Below are positions 29,001 through 38,109 of a stretch of DNA of 64,000 nucleotides, piece after piece. Position 1 is the first letter of the stretch. Each line of letters begins with the position of its first letter. Origin of the DNA: Methanobacteriota archaeon (GTDB taxonomy: Archaea > Thermoplasmatota > Thermoplasmata > SG8-5 > JAGLSY01); the NCBI GenBank assembly GCA_020696385.1, contig JAEHCQ010000002.1:303012-367011 (forward strand). The letters are read 5' to 3'. A program made the translations under genes and the position numbers. The notes beneath the pieces were generated by a model that was not told the DNA's origin, did not search any database, and was given only the letters and a program-made list of their open reading frames with translations.

Positions 29001-30383
29001 TACTGGTATGAGAAAGCACTGTCTATGGGAGAGGACAAGGACATACTTCTCGACCTGGGCCAGCTCCTTACAAAAATGGGTGACCATGAGAATGCCGCCC
29101 AGCTTCTTGACAGGGCGGCCAATCTGGATCCAAGTGATAAAGAAGCCTGGAACAGCAGGGCGATGGCCTTTGAGAAACTCAAGAAATATGATGAGGCTTT
29201 GAGATCATACGATCAGGCGATCAGCCTGGATGCTGAAGATAAATTCTCATGGAACAGCAAAGGTCTTGTTCTTATCGAGATGGCTCGCTATCCAGAGGCT
29301 GTCAGATGCTTCCAGAGAGTGATAGAGATAGACAGGGAGTTCGCGCCCGCATTGGATGGCCTGAGAATTGCCGAGGAAAAGACAGCGGCAATGGAAGTGG
29401 AAGGGCATGCGAGATCTGTTCTCAAACTGGAATATGATCGGAATAGGGCGGTGTCCAGAGAGGATGCTTTCAAGGATGCCAATATCCCTTACAATTTCAT
29501 AGACGATGTGTTCAAATTCCTTTCAGATAGGGATGATATCCCATTATCGTCGATGTCCAAGGACGACCTGGAAGATCTGGAAAGGTCATCATTTGATGTT
29601 CTGACCTCATGTCTTGGTGGAGATGCCTTCAACCTGAAATCCAAACTGAGATTATGCGATATCTCAGTCAAGTTTCCACAATGGCCCCTCTGGAAAGCGA
29701 AACAAGTGCTGTCTTACATTGACGCGGTCGATAGACTGACCTTCAGCCCCAAAACGACGGATCCAGATATGGACAATCTGATGAGGCGCGCGCTGGATCT
29801 TCCGGCAGAGCGGCGTACGATATTGGGTCTTGTCGAATCACTTCACATCGGAGTGCACAAGGCCAAGGAACTCCAGGCGGTTCTGGCCACCCTCAGAAGA
29901 GAAGGATACACAGCCCCGACCATCGAGGTGGGCTCCCTAGTAAGTGATGATCATCTTGGAGGTGGAAAGCCAAAGACCGAGGTGAGGGAGCCAAAGCGAC
30001 CCGCACCCGAGCCAGTTCAGCAATTGCAGGAACCACCGGCGAATGTGGCTGATCAATCTGCAACTCAGCCAGCCCCCCGCCAACACGCCCAACCTGCGCA
30101 AGCACAGCAGCCCGGCCAGGTAGTAGGCGGCATGGGCGGCAAGTTCTGCCAGAGCCACGGCCATATGGCGGTCATGAAGCACGATTGCGGCGCGTACCTT
30201 TGCCACAATTGTGTCAGCGGCGGATCAAAATGCCCCATATGCCATCGACCTCTTTACGGATCAAAGGACGAGCCTGAGCAGGAAGCTCCAGCTCCTGAGT
30301 TGAACCCAGCTCCAATTCAGACACCAGACCCAGCTCCTGCAAAGACAGATGATGATGTGGCGAGGGATTTTGGGCAGTTATGA
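26061..30383 (+). CDS. Giant tetratricopeptide-repeat protein with C-terminal helical domain and RING/B-box-like Zn finger
   Basis: About 30 TPR motifs (W..KG..L......EA...YDKAL...P), Pro/Gln-rich linker, CQSH...HDCG...CHNC...CPIC; SD GGAGG upstream. Confidence 0.9.
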   Translation: MGILDSMNKEKRIYRKAAKLLEQGKGFDKHHQSAKALEHYQKAKRLLDENKEAISELKREFSNLYDKIGFALIESNRMEDGVKCIDHSLKLNPGNLNAMGHKGIILFRKENFAKALEQFDTVLNMDRDNKNIWSHKGNTLIKLGREQDAIDAYNKVLELDPNDLTHYDKLLAIMPRDINLLNKKGLALNGLRRFDEAVHAFDQALELDQTHGPIWVNRGLAMSNMDKHQDAISSYQKALDINGEDGFAWEQKGHSLYRIEGFTEAADCYSRALKVFPDNIKVWIWKGLALHKGGEEDAASDAYDMALTLEPNNLVALTNKKQALKASDRHEDIIETANRILALSPKDLATIKDKAKAQFSLGQHDKALISLDLALDISPKEIGLLEEKKDVLKYLEKHDLVVSTCDKILHLDHRNMEAMFDKSSALYALGKYELALRPINTLLGKVPDHLPGLKRKREILSKVGQHKEIIKVSDAILKLDPDDKITMMDRAIAFYNLEKYEDSIKAFDDYISKDAKSMDAWLLKGRAYAFLHDHAKAVDSFDKALEISGGLKEIHEAKGRSLIRLERTDDAIVEFDKGLALDPEDPDLWYSKGLALESQDDYEEAVGCYDKALKSRPTDKNIWYSKGLALMWLSHFEDAIGSLDKAIEINPVERFPYIKKAEALLKLDRTDEAISSLDKVLEMNHMDLDTHIRKKEALKILGDDERIVESCGRIIKLDAKNVMAMLDKALAEYRLGMYESSLRSLDRAQRLEPDNIELMAARKDSLLKMEDYNAVVSVSEQILEQDPTLNKVWHEMGTALLKLGRPTEALDKYDRALKIDPNIPDIWSSKGDVLYQLRKYRESLEAYDKALEIQPSNGPLLNKKGKALLKLERFDESIRIFNDALLAQPGSIEFLNNRAKAFMKAERFDEALESLTQALKADPTSQLTWRTRGRVYLEMKRFDEALSDINKALEIGGEERYAIAAKASIYEMKEQLEDAKYWYEKALSMGEDKDILLDLGQLLTKMGDHENAAQLLDRAANLDPSDKEAWNSRAMAFEKLKKYDEALRSYDQAISLDAEDKFSWNSKGLVLIEMARYPEAVRCFQRVIEIDREFAPALDGLRIAEEKTAAMEVEGHARSVLKLEYDRNRAVSREDAFKDANIPYNFIDDVFKFLSDRDDIPLSSMSKDDLEDLERSSFDVLTSCLGGDAFNLKSKLRLCDISVKFPQWPLWKAKQVLSYIDAVDRLTFSPKTTDPDMDNLMRRALDLPAERRTILGLVESLHIGVHKAKELQAVLATLRREGYTAPTIEVGSLVSDDHLGGGKPKTEVREPKRPAPEPVQQLQEPPANVADQSATQPAPRQHAQPAQAQQPGQVVGGMGGKFCQSHGHMAVMKHDCGAYLCHNCVSGGSKCPICHRPLYGSKDEPEQEAPAPELNPAPIQTPDPAPAKTDDDVARDFGQL

Positions 30384-30511
30384 TTTCGAGGATCACGCCC
30401 ATCATAACCAATCCTCCATTCTGAGCGGATATGGAATAATATATGGGCATATTCGCCATAATGATCAAATCAGTAGAAACTTATTAAAACAAAAGATCAT
30501 ATCATTGTCTG

Positions 30512-31426
30512 ATGACAGATCTAGCCAGTCATGTGCGTGAGCTGGTCGCGGAGAAGAACGCGATCATACTTGTCCATAACTATCAGTTACCGGAGGTTCA
30601 GGATGTAGCGGATTATGTTGGAGATTCCTACGGTCTGGCTGTTAAAGCATCCGAGACGGATGCCGATGCCATTGTTTTCTGCGGCGTCAATTTCATGGCA
30701 GAGAGTGCTTTGATCCTGAATCCTGAAAAACTTGTCATCCACCCGGAGCCAGAGTCCAGGTGTCCGATGGCCGCGATGGCTACTGCCGAATCATTGCGAC
30801 TTATGAAAGCCAAGCACCCAGGTGCTGCTGTCGTGTCCTACGTGAACACAACTGCAGAAGTAAAAGCCGAATCCGACATCTGCTGCACATCTTCGAACGC
30901 GGCCAAGGTCGTTCGTTCACTACCCAATGAGAAGATAATCTTCACCCCGGATATCAATCTGGGAAGCTATGTCGCCAAATTGGTACCGGAGAAGGAAATT
31001 ATTCTGTGGCCAGGCTACTGCGACACTCATCAGAATAGAATATTATTGGAAGACATCCGGGCACTGAAAGAACTATACCCCGCTTCCGAAATAATAGTAC
31101 ATCCAGAGTGCACACCGGAAGTCATTGACTTCGCCGATCACGCCTTCTCAACATCTGGCATGCTGAATTATGCGAGAGACTCAGATGTGCAAGAATTCAT
31201 CATCGGAACTGAAAGAGAAATGGTGTATCGTCTGAGAAAGGATGTTCCGAACAAGACCTTCCATGCTATTGATAAAGCAGTTTGCCCCAATATGAAGAAA
31301 ATAACTCTCAAAAAGGTAGCTGCCAGTCTGGAGAACATGGGTCCAACTGTTAAATTGACCGATGAGATGATCCAGAAGGCCAGGCTACCAATGGAGAAGA
31401 TGGTGGCTGTCGGTCGCGGTGAGTGA
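30512..31426 (+). CDS. nadA: Quinolinate synthase
   Basis: HNYQ, GDS, FCGVNFMAE, CPMA, YVNT, CTSSNA, HPEC, CPNMK. Confidence 0.95.
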   Translation: MTDLASHVRELVAEKNAIILVHNYQLPEVQDVADYVGDSYGLAVKASETDADAIVFCGVNFMAESALILNPEKLVIHPEPESRCPMAAMATAESLRLMKAKHPGAAVVSYVNTTAEVKAESDICCTSSNAAKVVRSLPNEKIIFTPDINLGSYVAKLVPEKEIILWPGYCDTHQNRILLEDIRALKELYPASEIIVHPECTPEVIDFADHAFSTSGMLNYARDSDVQEFIIGTEREMVYRLRKDVPNKTFHAIDKAVCPNMKKITLKKVAASLENMGPTVKLTDEMIQKARLPMEKMVAVGRGE

Positions 31427-31453
31427 ATTATCTTGATTAAAATATTCTTATGA

Positions 31454-32524
31454 TCAGACAGTGGTATTCTCAATGATCTCCACTATTTTCTCGCTCGCAT
31501 GCCCATCACCATAACTGCTCCCTCTCTCGCCACTTGGCTCGAAGTTGATTATCGCGTCTTTTATCTTGACCGGATCCGCCGCGACCAGGATGTTCCAGCC
31601 ATCCTGGACCGTTTCCACCCATTCCGTGCGCTCTCGCAGGGTGATGCAGGTGGTGCCCATGAAGTAAGCCTCTTTCTGCATGCCGCCAGAGTCAGTCAAT
31701 ACCTTTTTCGCATTCTTAATCAGACAAAGCGATTCGATATAATTCACTGGCTTGATCACCTTGATATTATCCGGCATCTTCATCTCATACTGCTCGATGA
31801 AGGCGACTGTCCTGGGGTGAGCGGGGAATATGACCTTCATATCTGGATCGATGCCCCTCACGCTCTCAGAGACCGTATTGAGGATATTTTTGAGATTATC
31901 CTCATTGTCTGTATTGACCGGCCTGTGCACGGTCATGAAATAGTAATTCTCTGACTTGACACCCACGCGCTCCAGCACATCAGTGGGCAAATCTCCGAAC
32001 ATCTTGGCCGAGTCCAGCATGACATCTCCAACAAGATGCACTCCTTCGGTTATTCCCTCTTTTTCAAGATTATCTATCGATGTCTTGGTAGGGCAGAATA
32101 AGAGCCTGGAAACATGATCCGTCATCCTGCGGTTCACTTCCTCTGGCATTCTCATGTCGTAGGATCGCAGACCCGCCTCCACATGGGCGATCGGTATGTG
32201 CATTTTCGCTGCTGCCAGTGCTCCGGCGACAGTGGAATTGGTGTCGCCGTAAACAAGTAGCCAATCTGGCTTTTCTTGAATGATAAGATCTTCAATTCTC
32301 TCCAACATCTGGGCAGTTTGCCAGCCATGACTTCCAGATCCGACACCCAGATTGTAATCCGCTTCCGGGATGCCCATGGTCCTGAAGAACACATCGGACA
32401 TCTCATCATCATAATGTTGGCCAGTGTGTATGAGTATCTCCTCATGCTTCTGGCGAATGGCCTTCGATACTGGAGCGGCCTTGACGAACTGAGGTCTGGC
32501 TCCGACGATCGTCATTATTTTCAT
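31454..32524 (-). CDS. wecB: UDP-N-acetylglucosamine 2-epimerase (non-hydrolysing)
   Basis: VGARPQFVK, HTGQHYD, YGDTNS, HVEAGLRS, TDSGGMQKEA, TEW. Confidence 0.93.
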   Translation of the reverse strand: MKIMTIVGARPQFVKAAPVSKAIRQKHEEILIHTGQHYDDEMSDVFFRTMGIPEADYNLGVGSGSHGWQTAQMLERIEDLIIQEKPDWLLVYGDTNSTVAGALAAAKMHIPIAHVEAGLRSYDMRMPEEVNRRMTDHVSRLLFCPTKTSIDNLEKEGITEGVHLVGDVMLDSAKMFGDLPTDVLERVGVKSENYYFMTVHRPVNTDNEDNLKNILNTVSESVRGIDPDMKVIFPAHPRTVAFIEQYEMKMPDNIKVIKPVNYIESLCLIKNAKKVLTDSGGMQKEAYFMGTTCITLRERTEWVETVQDGWNILVAADPVKIKDAIINFEPSGERGSSYGDGHASEKIVEIIENTTV

Positions 32525-32590
32525 TGCCCACCCTCCTGATTATCAATATAGGGATGGATCTTCATGTTCGCTTCTCCATATGCGAACATC

Positions 32591-33712
32591 TCAATCCCTC
32601 AGCATGTATTCCTCGACCAGGTCCCTGGCCTTCTCTCTTTTTTCCTGATGGTCCACGATGAAATCCGTCACCTTCTGGGTGAGGTATTGCTTGCAATGAC
32701 CACATAGTAATTCTCCGGATCTGCACTTGGCCTTCCGATCATTCAATGATCCATCATCCCAGTCGAAGAAATAATAAAGATATTGATACACGGCGCAGAC
32801 ATCTGGATCCCCGCCTTTCTCTCTCTGCTCCTCCACGCTGACACAACCACCTGTGAAGGCACTGCCGATCTTCTTCTTTATCTGTTTCGGAGTGTCGGTG
32901 GTGTAGATCGCGCTGGAAGACACTGAGGCGGACATTTTATCCGAGCCAGCAAGGCTGGGCAGCATCTTACAGTGAATGAGCGCGGGCTTGAAATATCCGA
33001 TCTTGTCCGCGATATCCCTGGTCACTCTGAAATGTGGATCCTGGTCTATGGCGCATGGGATCAGACATGGAATATTCTCTCCCTTCAATTCAGATGGTAG
33101 AAAAGCTGTAGCGGCCTGCATACTGGTGAACCAAATACTGCCGATATTCGTACTGTTCTCGAATCCGAAGACCGCCTTCGTGGTGCTGAAATTAACTCGC
33201 TTGGCGACCTTGATAGCGATATTGTACATGGTCTTCGCATATTCCGTATCCAGGAAGATCTTGGTCTTTTCTTTGTCAAAACCAAGAGCGATTATGTCCA
33301 GTATGTTCTCGTATGCGAATCTCCTCGTATCTTCCAGCTCCAGATCCTGGCCGAACATGTATTTTTCATCGTCCGTGAGCTGGAAGTACAACTCCACTCC
33401 GAACTTATCCTGAAGCCATTTGGTAAAGACCCAGGGCATCAGATGTCCAAGGTGTGTGTGTCCGGATGGTCCGCGCCCGGTATATAGAACGAACCCGGGC
33501 CCTTTCTCATGGGCATCCAGAATCCATTTCATGTCCCTGTGTGAGTAGAATATCCCTCTTTTCAGCATTGGATGTAACTCACCAGTATGATGAACTATTC
33601 GCTCGATCAGCTCCGCATCTATCTTGCTTGTTCCAAAACGCTCTGTGAGCTTGTCATAATCAACATCCCCTTTGACTTCCCAGGGTGTTACGATGAATTT
33701 TCCATCAGCCAT
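32591..33712 (-). CDS. trpS: Tryptophanyl-tRNA synthetase
   Basis: VTPW, YTGRGPSG..HLGH, QLTDDEK, AIDQDPHFR, KMSAS. Confidence 0.95.
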   Translation of the reverse strand: MADGKFIVTPWEVKGDVDYDKLTERFGTSKIDAELIERIVHHTGELHPMLKRGIFYSHRDMKWILDAHEKGPGFVLYTGRGPSGHTHLGHLMPWVFTKWLQDKFGVELYFQLTDDEKYMFGQDLELEDTRRFAYENILDIIALGFDKEKTKIFLDTEYAKTMYNIAIKVAKRVNFSTTKAVFGFENSTNIGSIWFTSMQAATAFLPSELKGENIPCLIPCAIDQDPHFRVTRDIADKIGYFKPALIHCKMLPSLAGSDKMSASVSSSAIYTTDTPKQIKKKIGSAFTGGCVSVEEQREKGGDPDVCAVYQYLYYFFDWDDGSLNDRKAKCRSGELLCGHCKQYLTQKVTDFIVDHQEKREKARDLVEEYMLRD

Positions 33713-33848
33713 ATCATCACCTTGATATTTGCCATATAAGGGCTCTATAATAAAAGTTTATTCTTATCGCTTTTGATGTTTCTAATCGCCTATATTCTAT
33801 ATATTACTAGCGATTAGAAAAACTAATGCGATTTCCATTATTTTATCT

Positions 33849-34334
33849 TCATAGCATTTGTTTCGATCTTTTCCTGACACTTCTCAATTCAGATCCACAT
33901 ATAGGGCAATCGGGCATTTCCTCATCATAGAATTTACCACAGCCACGGCATCTCCAGCGCCATGTGAAGACCTCCTTGATGCCCTTCTCCGCTCCACCTT
34001 TGAATTTAATGTCAAGTGCTTTGGCAATATTCTGCACAGAATAATCATCGCTCAGAATGATCCCATCGATCTCAAGGGCCAGTGCCAGAACTTCAATATC
34101 TGTTTTGGATAATCTTCCGATATCTCCTGTCTCCCTGGCCTTCGCCTCGATCCTTTCCACATTGGGGGTCGATGGATCCATGATCTTAATAGAAATATCC
34201 ACCAAGAGGTTCAGATCCTTTGCCTGTTTACCTCTTGATATTTCATCTTTAACTGACGAGGTCATGTACCATTCATATTCGCCAGATAGTGTCATTCCAT
34301 TTCTGATAGCTGTCGCATCAAGTACGTATCTCAC
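33849..34334 (-). CDS. nob1: Nob1-family PIN/Zn-ribbon rRNA maturation endonuclease
   Basis: VLDATA, TGD..LSKTD, SDDYSVQN, WRCRGC...CPICGS. Confidence 0.9.
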   Translation of the reverse strand: MRYVLDATAIRNGMTLSGEYEWYMTSSVKDEISRGKQAKDLNLLVDISIKIMDPSTPNVERIEAKARETGDIGRLSKTDIEVLALALEIDGIILSDDYSVQNIAKALDIKFKGGAEKGIKEVFTWRWRCRGCGKFYDEEMPDCPICGSELRSVRKRSKQML

Positions 34335-34424
34335 GCTTCAACATGGTGGTTCAGGCTTTAAGATTTTTCCACAAAATAATAGCTGATGAATAATCACTCT
34401 AAATGTGATGATATATCTTCGATA

Positions 34425-35009
34425 TCAAGGTAGGAGTTTATCTATCTCGGCCTTCAGCACAGTATCCTGTGTTATTCCCACATTCCTGTATGTTATATGT
34501 CCTTCCTGATCGACGATCACGATGGTTGGAATACTTACCACTTCATATCCTACTTTGGATGCCACGCTGCCCCCGCTCCTTACGATATCCCAGTCGATAC
34601 CCTTCTGTGCTTTGTAGATGGAAATGAGATCTTCTCCCTCACTATCATCCACGTCCACAGATAGCACAATCACCTGAGTTGAAGAATATTCCTCCTGAAT
34701 ACTCTTCAACTCAGTCATCTGAGTCGCACATGGAGCACACCATGTTGCCATGAAATCCAGAACAACGACCTTACCTCTGAGATTGGATAGTTGAAGCAAT
34801 CCTCCATCATCCACCACTGGTAGATTGAAATCCGCAGCCATTGGCAGATCGGAGCCACTATCATCATCCCCATTATCGACATCCACTGGTGGCTGGTAGT
34901 CATCTCCATCATAGGGCTGCTGCTCATTTGAATTCAAATATGCGAAGGTCGCCACTACGACAATGGCTGCTGCAACAACTGCAAATATCACTAACTGGGT
35001 CTGCTTCAT
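34425..35009 (-). CDS. Membrane-anchored TlpA/ResA thioredoxin-like protein
   Basis: N-terminal TM helix, DFMATWCAPC, SIPT. Confidence 0.85.
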   Translation of the reverse strand: MKQTQLVIFAVVAAAIVVVATFAYLNSNEQQPYDGDDYQPPVDVDNGDDDSGSDLPMAADFNLPVVDDGGLLQLSNLRGKVVVLDFMATWCAPCATQMTELKSIQEEYSSTQVIVLSVDVDDSEGEDLISIYKAQKGIDWDIVRSGGSVASKVGYEVVSIPTIVIVDQEGHITYRNVGITQDTVLKAEIDKLLP

Positions 35010-35184
35010 TTTATCATTTGATTATAGATAGCTCTTTGATATAATGATTATCCCTTCTTAACGATAAATGAATGGCCACGTCCTTTGCCCCACTCTGACC
35101 TGAAGATATGAGGCATCTGAACTGATCTGACAATTGGATATATTGATAGAAACATTCATAACTGGCGAGAGCCATCCAGTATCA

Positions 35185-35802
35185 ATGAAGAACCTCGATG
35201 AGATTGCCGAGAGAATTGAGACTGAAATGGACGAGAAGGACGAGGTCAGGGAAGTGGCTCTGAAGTCATCCAGAAGTGTTGTCAGACTCTGCAGTTCGGC
35301 TATAAGGATGATCCACAAGGATGCTGATAAATCAACGGAATATATTGATGAGGCCAAGGAAGAGCTTCATCGACTGAGAGGGATCACCAAGGACTTCCCA
35401 GCTCTTTTCCATTCGGGTTTTGTCGAAACCGCGATGCAGGAATTTGTCGAGGCCAAGGTATTGAGTGCGATATTCAATGGTGAGGATCTACCAGATCCCG
35501 AAAGTCTGGGTGTGACCAATGAAGGCTACCTTTTGGGGCTGGGAGATGTCATTGGAGAATTAAGGCGCCGGGCTGTGGACAATCTTCGGCATGGTAATAT
35601 GGAGATTTCTTCGAAATGCCTGGATCAGATGGAAGAACTCTACGAGTTTCTTATGAAATTCCATTATCCAAGCAGCATGGTGGCCATCAAGAGGAAGCAG
35701 GATATCGCTCGCGGGGTGATCGAAAAAACCCGCGGAGAGGTGGCTGTTTCCATGAGAGCACATTCATTGGAAAAGAAGATATCCGAATACAAACAGGTGT
35801 AG
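35185..35802 (+). CDS. Translin/TRAX-family (C3PO-like) protein
   Basis: REVALKSSR, AMQEFVEA, YLLGLGDVIGELRR, KRKQD. Start set at MKNLD. Confidence 0.85.
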   Translation: MKNLDEIAERIETEMDEKDEVREVALKSSRSVVRLCSSAIRMIHKDADKSTEYIDEAKEELHRLRGITKDFPALFHSGFVETAMQEFVEAKVLSAIFNGEDLPDPESLGVTNEGYLLGLGDVIGELRRRAVDNLRHGNMEISSKCLDQMEELYEFLMKFHYPSSMVAIKRKQDIARGVIEKTRGEVAVSMRAHSLEKKISEYKQV

Positions 35803-35803
35803 T

Positions 35804-36880
35804 ATGGTAGAAAGAAAATGCACGATAGTTCATAATCAGAACCACATAGTACATAGATCCGAGACAACGAGTCCGGAGAACCCAGCCAGGGTATTGAGAA
35901 TATTGAGTTTCCTGGATGGCAGGCTGAAGATATTCAAATCCGGCGAGTTTCAATTATTGACGGATTTTCCAGATGCGACTGATGAACAGATACTCAGAGT
36001 TCATGATGAAGATTATTTCAATTTTGTAAAGAGATATTGTGAAAATGGTGGAGGATTCCTCGGAGATAGCACATATTTCGCCCCATACAGTTTCAAGGCA
36101 GCGAAGAGCGCGGCAGGTGGAGCATTATCTGCAGCCAATCTCGTTGCAGATAATGAAGTGGACACATCATTTGCCATGATAAGACCACCAGGTCATCATG
36201 CTAGCAGTGATAAGTTTGGAGGATATTGCATATTCAACAATGCGGCCATCACGGTGCGTGACCTACAGAACAGTGGCAAGGCCAAGAAAATAATGATCCT
36301 GGATCTGGATGCGCATGCTGGCAATGGCACCATGAGAATATTCTATGATGATCCCAATGTACTCACCCTATCCATCCACAGAGATCCTCAGGACTTCTAT
36401 CCTCATGATGGCTTCATACATCAGATAGGCAGAGGTGTGGGAAGGGGATACAATGTGAATATGGAGATGCCGGAAGGAAGTGGTGATGATGATTATCTCA
36501 AGGTCTTTGACCAGATCGTCAAACCCATCCATGACTCTTTTTCGCCGGACTTCCTGATAACATTGGTTGGTTTCGATGCCCATTACAGTGATCTGCAATC
36601 CAATATGCAGCTTACCTCACATGGATATTTCGACATGATAAGAAAGACCAAGAAAATGAGAGATGGAAAGCTCCCTGTTATTTTGGAAGGGGGATATACT
36701 ACGGAGAATGCCACCCTCGCACACACCATCCTCTGCGCTCTTTCTGATAAGGCCCCCCCCTATGAGGATGATGTCGATAGCTTGAGCAGTTCCATAACCA
36801 GGACAAAAAAAGCCAGGAGTATATTGGAAGATAATATCGCGGAACTCAAGAGCATTTTGAATGAATATCACTCTTTCTGA
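35804..36880 (+). CDS. Histone deacetylase family protein
   Basis: PENPAR, RPPGHHA, GYCIFNN, DLDAHAGNGT, GFDAH, LEGGY. Confidence 0.9.
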   Translation: MVERKCTIVHNQNHIVHRSETTSPENPARVLRILSFLDGRLKIFKSGEFQLLTDFPDATDEQILRVHDEDYFNFVKRYCENGGGFLGDSTYFAPYSFKAAKSAAGGALSAANLVADNEVDTSFAMIRPPGHHASSDKFGGYCIFNNAAITVRDLQNSGKAKKIMILDLDAHAGNGTMRIFYDDPNVLTLSIHRDPQDFYPHDGFIHQIGRGVGRGYNVNMEMPEGSGDDDYLKVFDQIVKPIHDSFSPDFLITLVGFDAHYSDLQSNMQLTSHGYFDMIRKTKKMRDGKLPVILEGGYTTENATLAHTILCALSDKAPPYEDDVDSLSSSITRTKKARSILEDNIAELKSILNEYHSF

Positions 36881-37128
36881 ATCATATTCATTAATTCGAA
36901 CAATCACATACCATTTGTTGCTTCTCAGCTTCTTAATCGTGCTGTGCTTATGTATATATAATAGTATAAACTATCAATAATACAAACTACTGTTATAAAT
37001 AATAAATATTGATAGATAATACTAATAGATAAGATATATCATAATCATATATTATCAATTATAAACACACACATAAATTCAATGACGCATAGTAAGGCAT
37101 ATTAACACTCACATACATATCCCAAAAG

Positions 37129-37431
37129 ATGCGGGTGATGAAGAAGAAAATTTGGATACATAAGAATGAGATGATAGAGAGTCTCGTCATAGCAGATGGT
37201 TCAAAGATCAAATTTTATTCCCACACTTATCTTGTGAAAGAGCGCTCTCGAGGATGGAGACCATGTGTGAAATGGGACAACTGGGAGGGGCAGCCACATG
37301 TGGATAAATTCGATGCGAATGAGACCCTGATAGAACAAAAGCCTTGCAATGAGAAAGGTCTGGAAGAGGTGATCAAGCTTGTCAAGATATTCAGAAGGAA
37401 CTTGACAACGATGGACCTGTCCCAGTTATAG
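37129..37431 (+). CDS. DUF6516/TumE-like small protein (putative toxin-fold partner)
   Basis: VKWDNWEGQPHVD resembles the R.DN...PH.H motif; paired with the downstream wHTH gene. Confidence 0.45.
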   Translation: MRVMKKKIWIHKNEMIESLVIADGSKIKFYSHTYLVKERSRGWRPCVKWDNWEGQPHVDKFDANETLIEQKPCNEKGLEEVIKLVKIFRRNLTTMDLSQL

Positions 37432-37446
37432 TGAAGGAATCAAAAT

Positions 37447-37878
37447 ATGTATGTGAATATCAAGAAGATCAAGGATCCCGAAATGGTGATCGAGGAATTT
37501 CAGGATCAATATGGTACGATCAATTCTCTATCTCAAAGGGTGTCGATATCGAAATGCACCACGAAGAACGAGATGGAAGATCTCATGGTGTGGAAATACC
37601 TCAGATCGGGAGCGGAGTTCACGGAGGAGATTGTCCTTCACAATTCCGATATATTCCACATACTCACTCCTAAGAGGATGGAATTGGTGGATTATCTGAC
37701 AAAGAACAAGGTGACCTCGATACGGAAACTTTCAGAGGTCGTGCACCGTAATTACAAGAACACTTATGACGATCTTCTAGCTCTTGAGAAAGTGGGATTG
37801 GTGGAATTCAAACGTTCGGGAAAGAGCAGGATTCCCACTTCTTTCATTGTTGGTATTGAGACTATTTTCGAGGGTTGA
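37447..37878 (+). CDS. HVO_A0114-like winged-helix DNA-binding protein
   Basis: LTPKRMELV...SIRKLSEVVHRNYKNTYDDL..LEKVGLVEF....KSRIP. Confidence 0.7.
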   Translation: MYVNIKKIKDPEMVIEEFQDQYGTINSLSQRVSISKCTTKNEMEDLMVWKYLRSGAEFTEEIVLHNSDIFHILTPKRMELVDYLTKNKVTSIRKLSEVVHRNYKNTYDDLLALEKVGLVEFKRSGKSRIPTSFIVGIETIFEG

Positions 37879-37880
37879 TC

Positions 37881-37967
37881 TTCATTATGGTATTATCATT
37901 TACTTCTCATACCATAATGAAATAAAAAAATATACTGGCTCTGTTATTTTACTTCTCATACCATAAT
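37881..37967. promoter_or_regulatory. Operator-like repeats upstream of the KaiC-like operon
   Basis: 20-bp direct repeat TTTACTTCTCATACCATAAT (37899-37918, 37948-37967) and 13-bp inverted repeat TTCATTATGGTAT/ATACCATAATGAA (37881-37893/37909-37921). Confidence 0.6.
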
Positions 37968-38109
37968 AAATTCTATACGAAATATATATATGGGGGAATA
38001 TCATTAACTATACTACCAAACCAATTGATAAACTACAAAATACACCAACCGGTGACGGTATGTTTCGAACCAATCATCTCCGGTTGAAAATTAGATAAAA
38101 ATCACAAGG

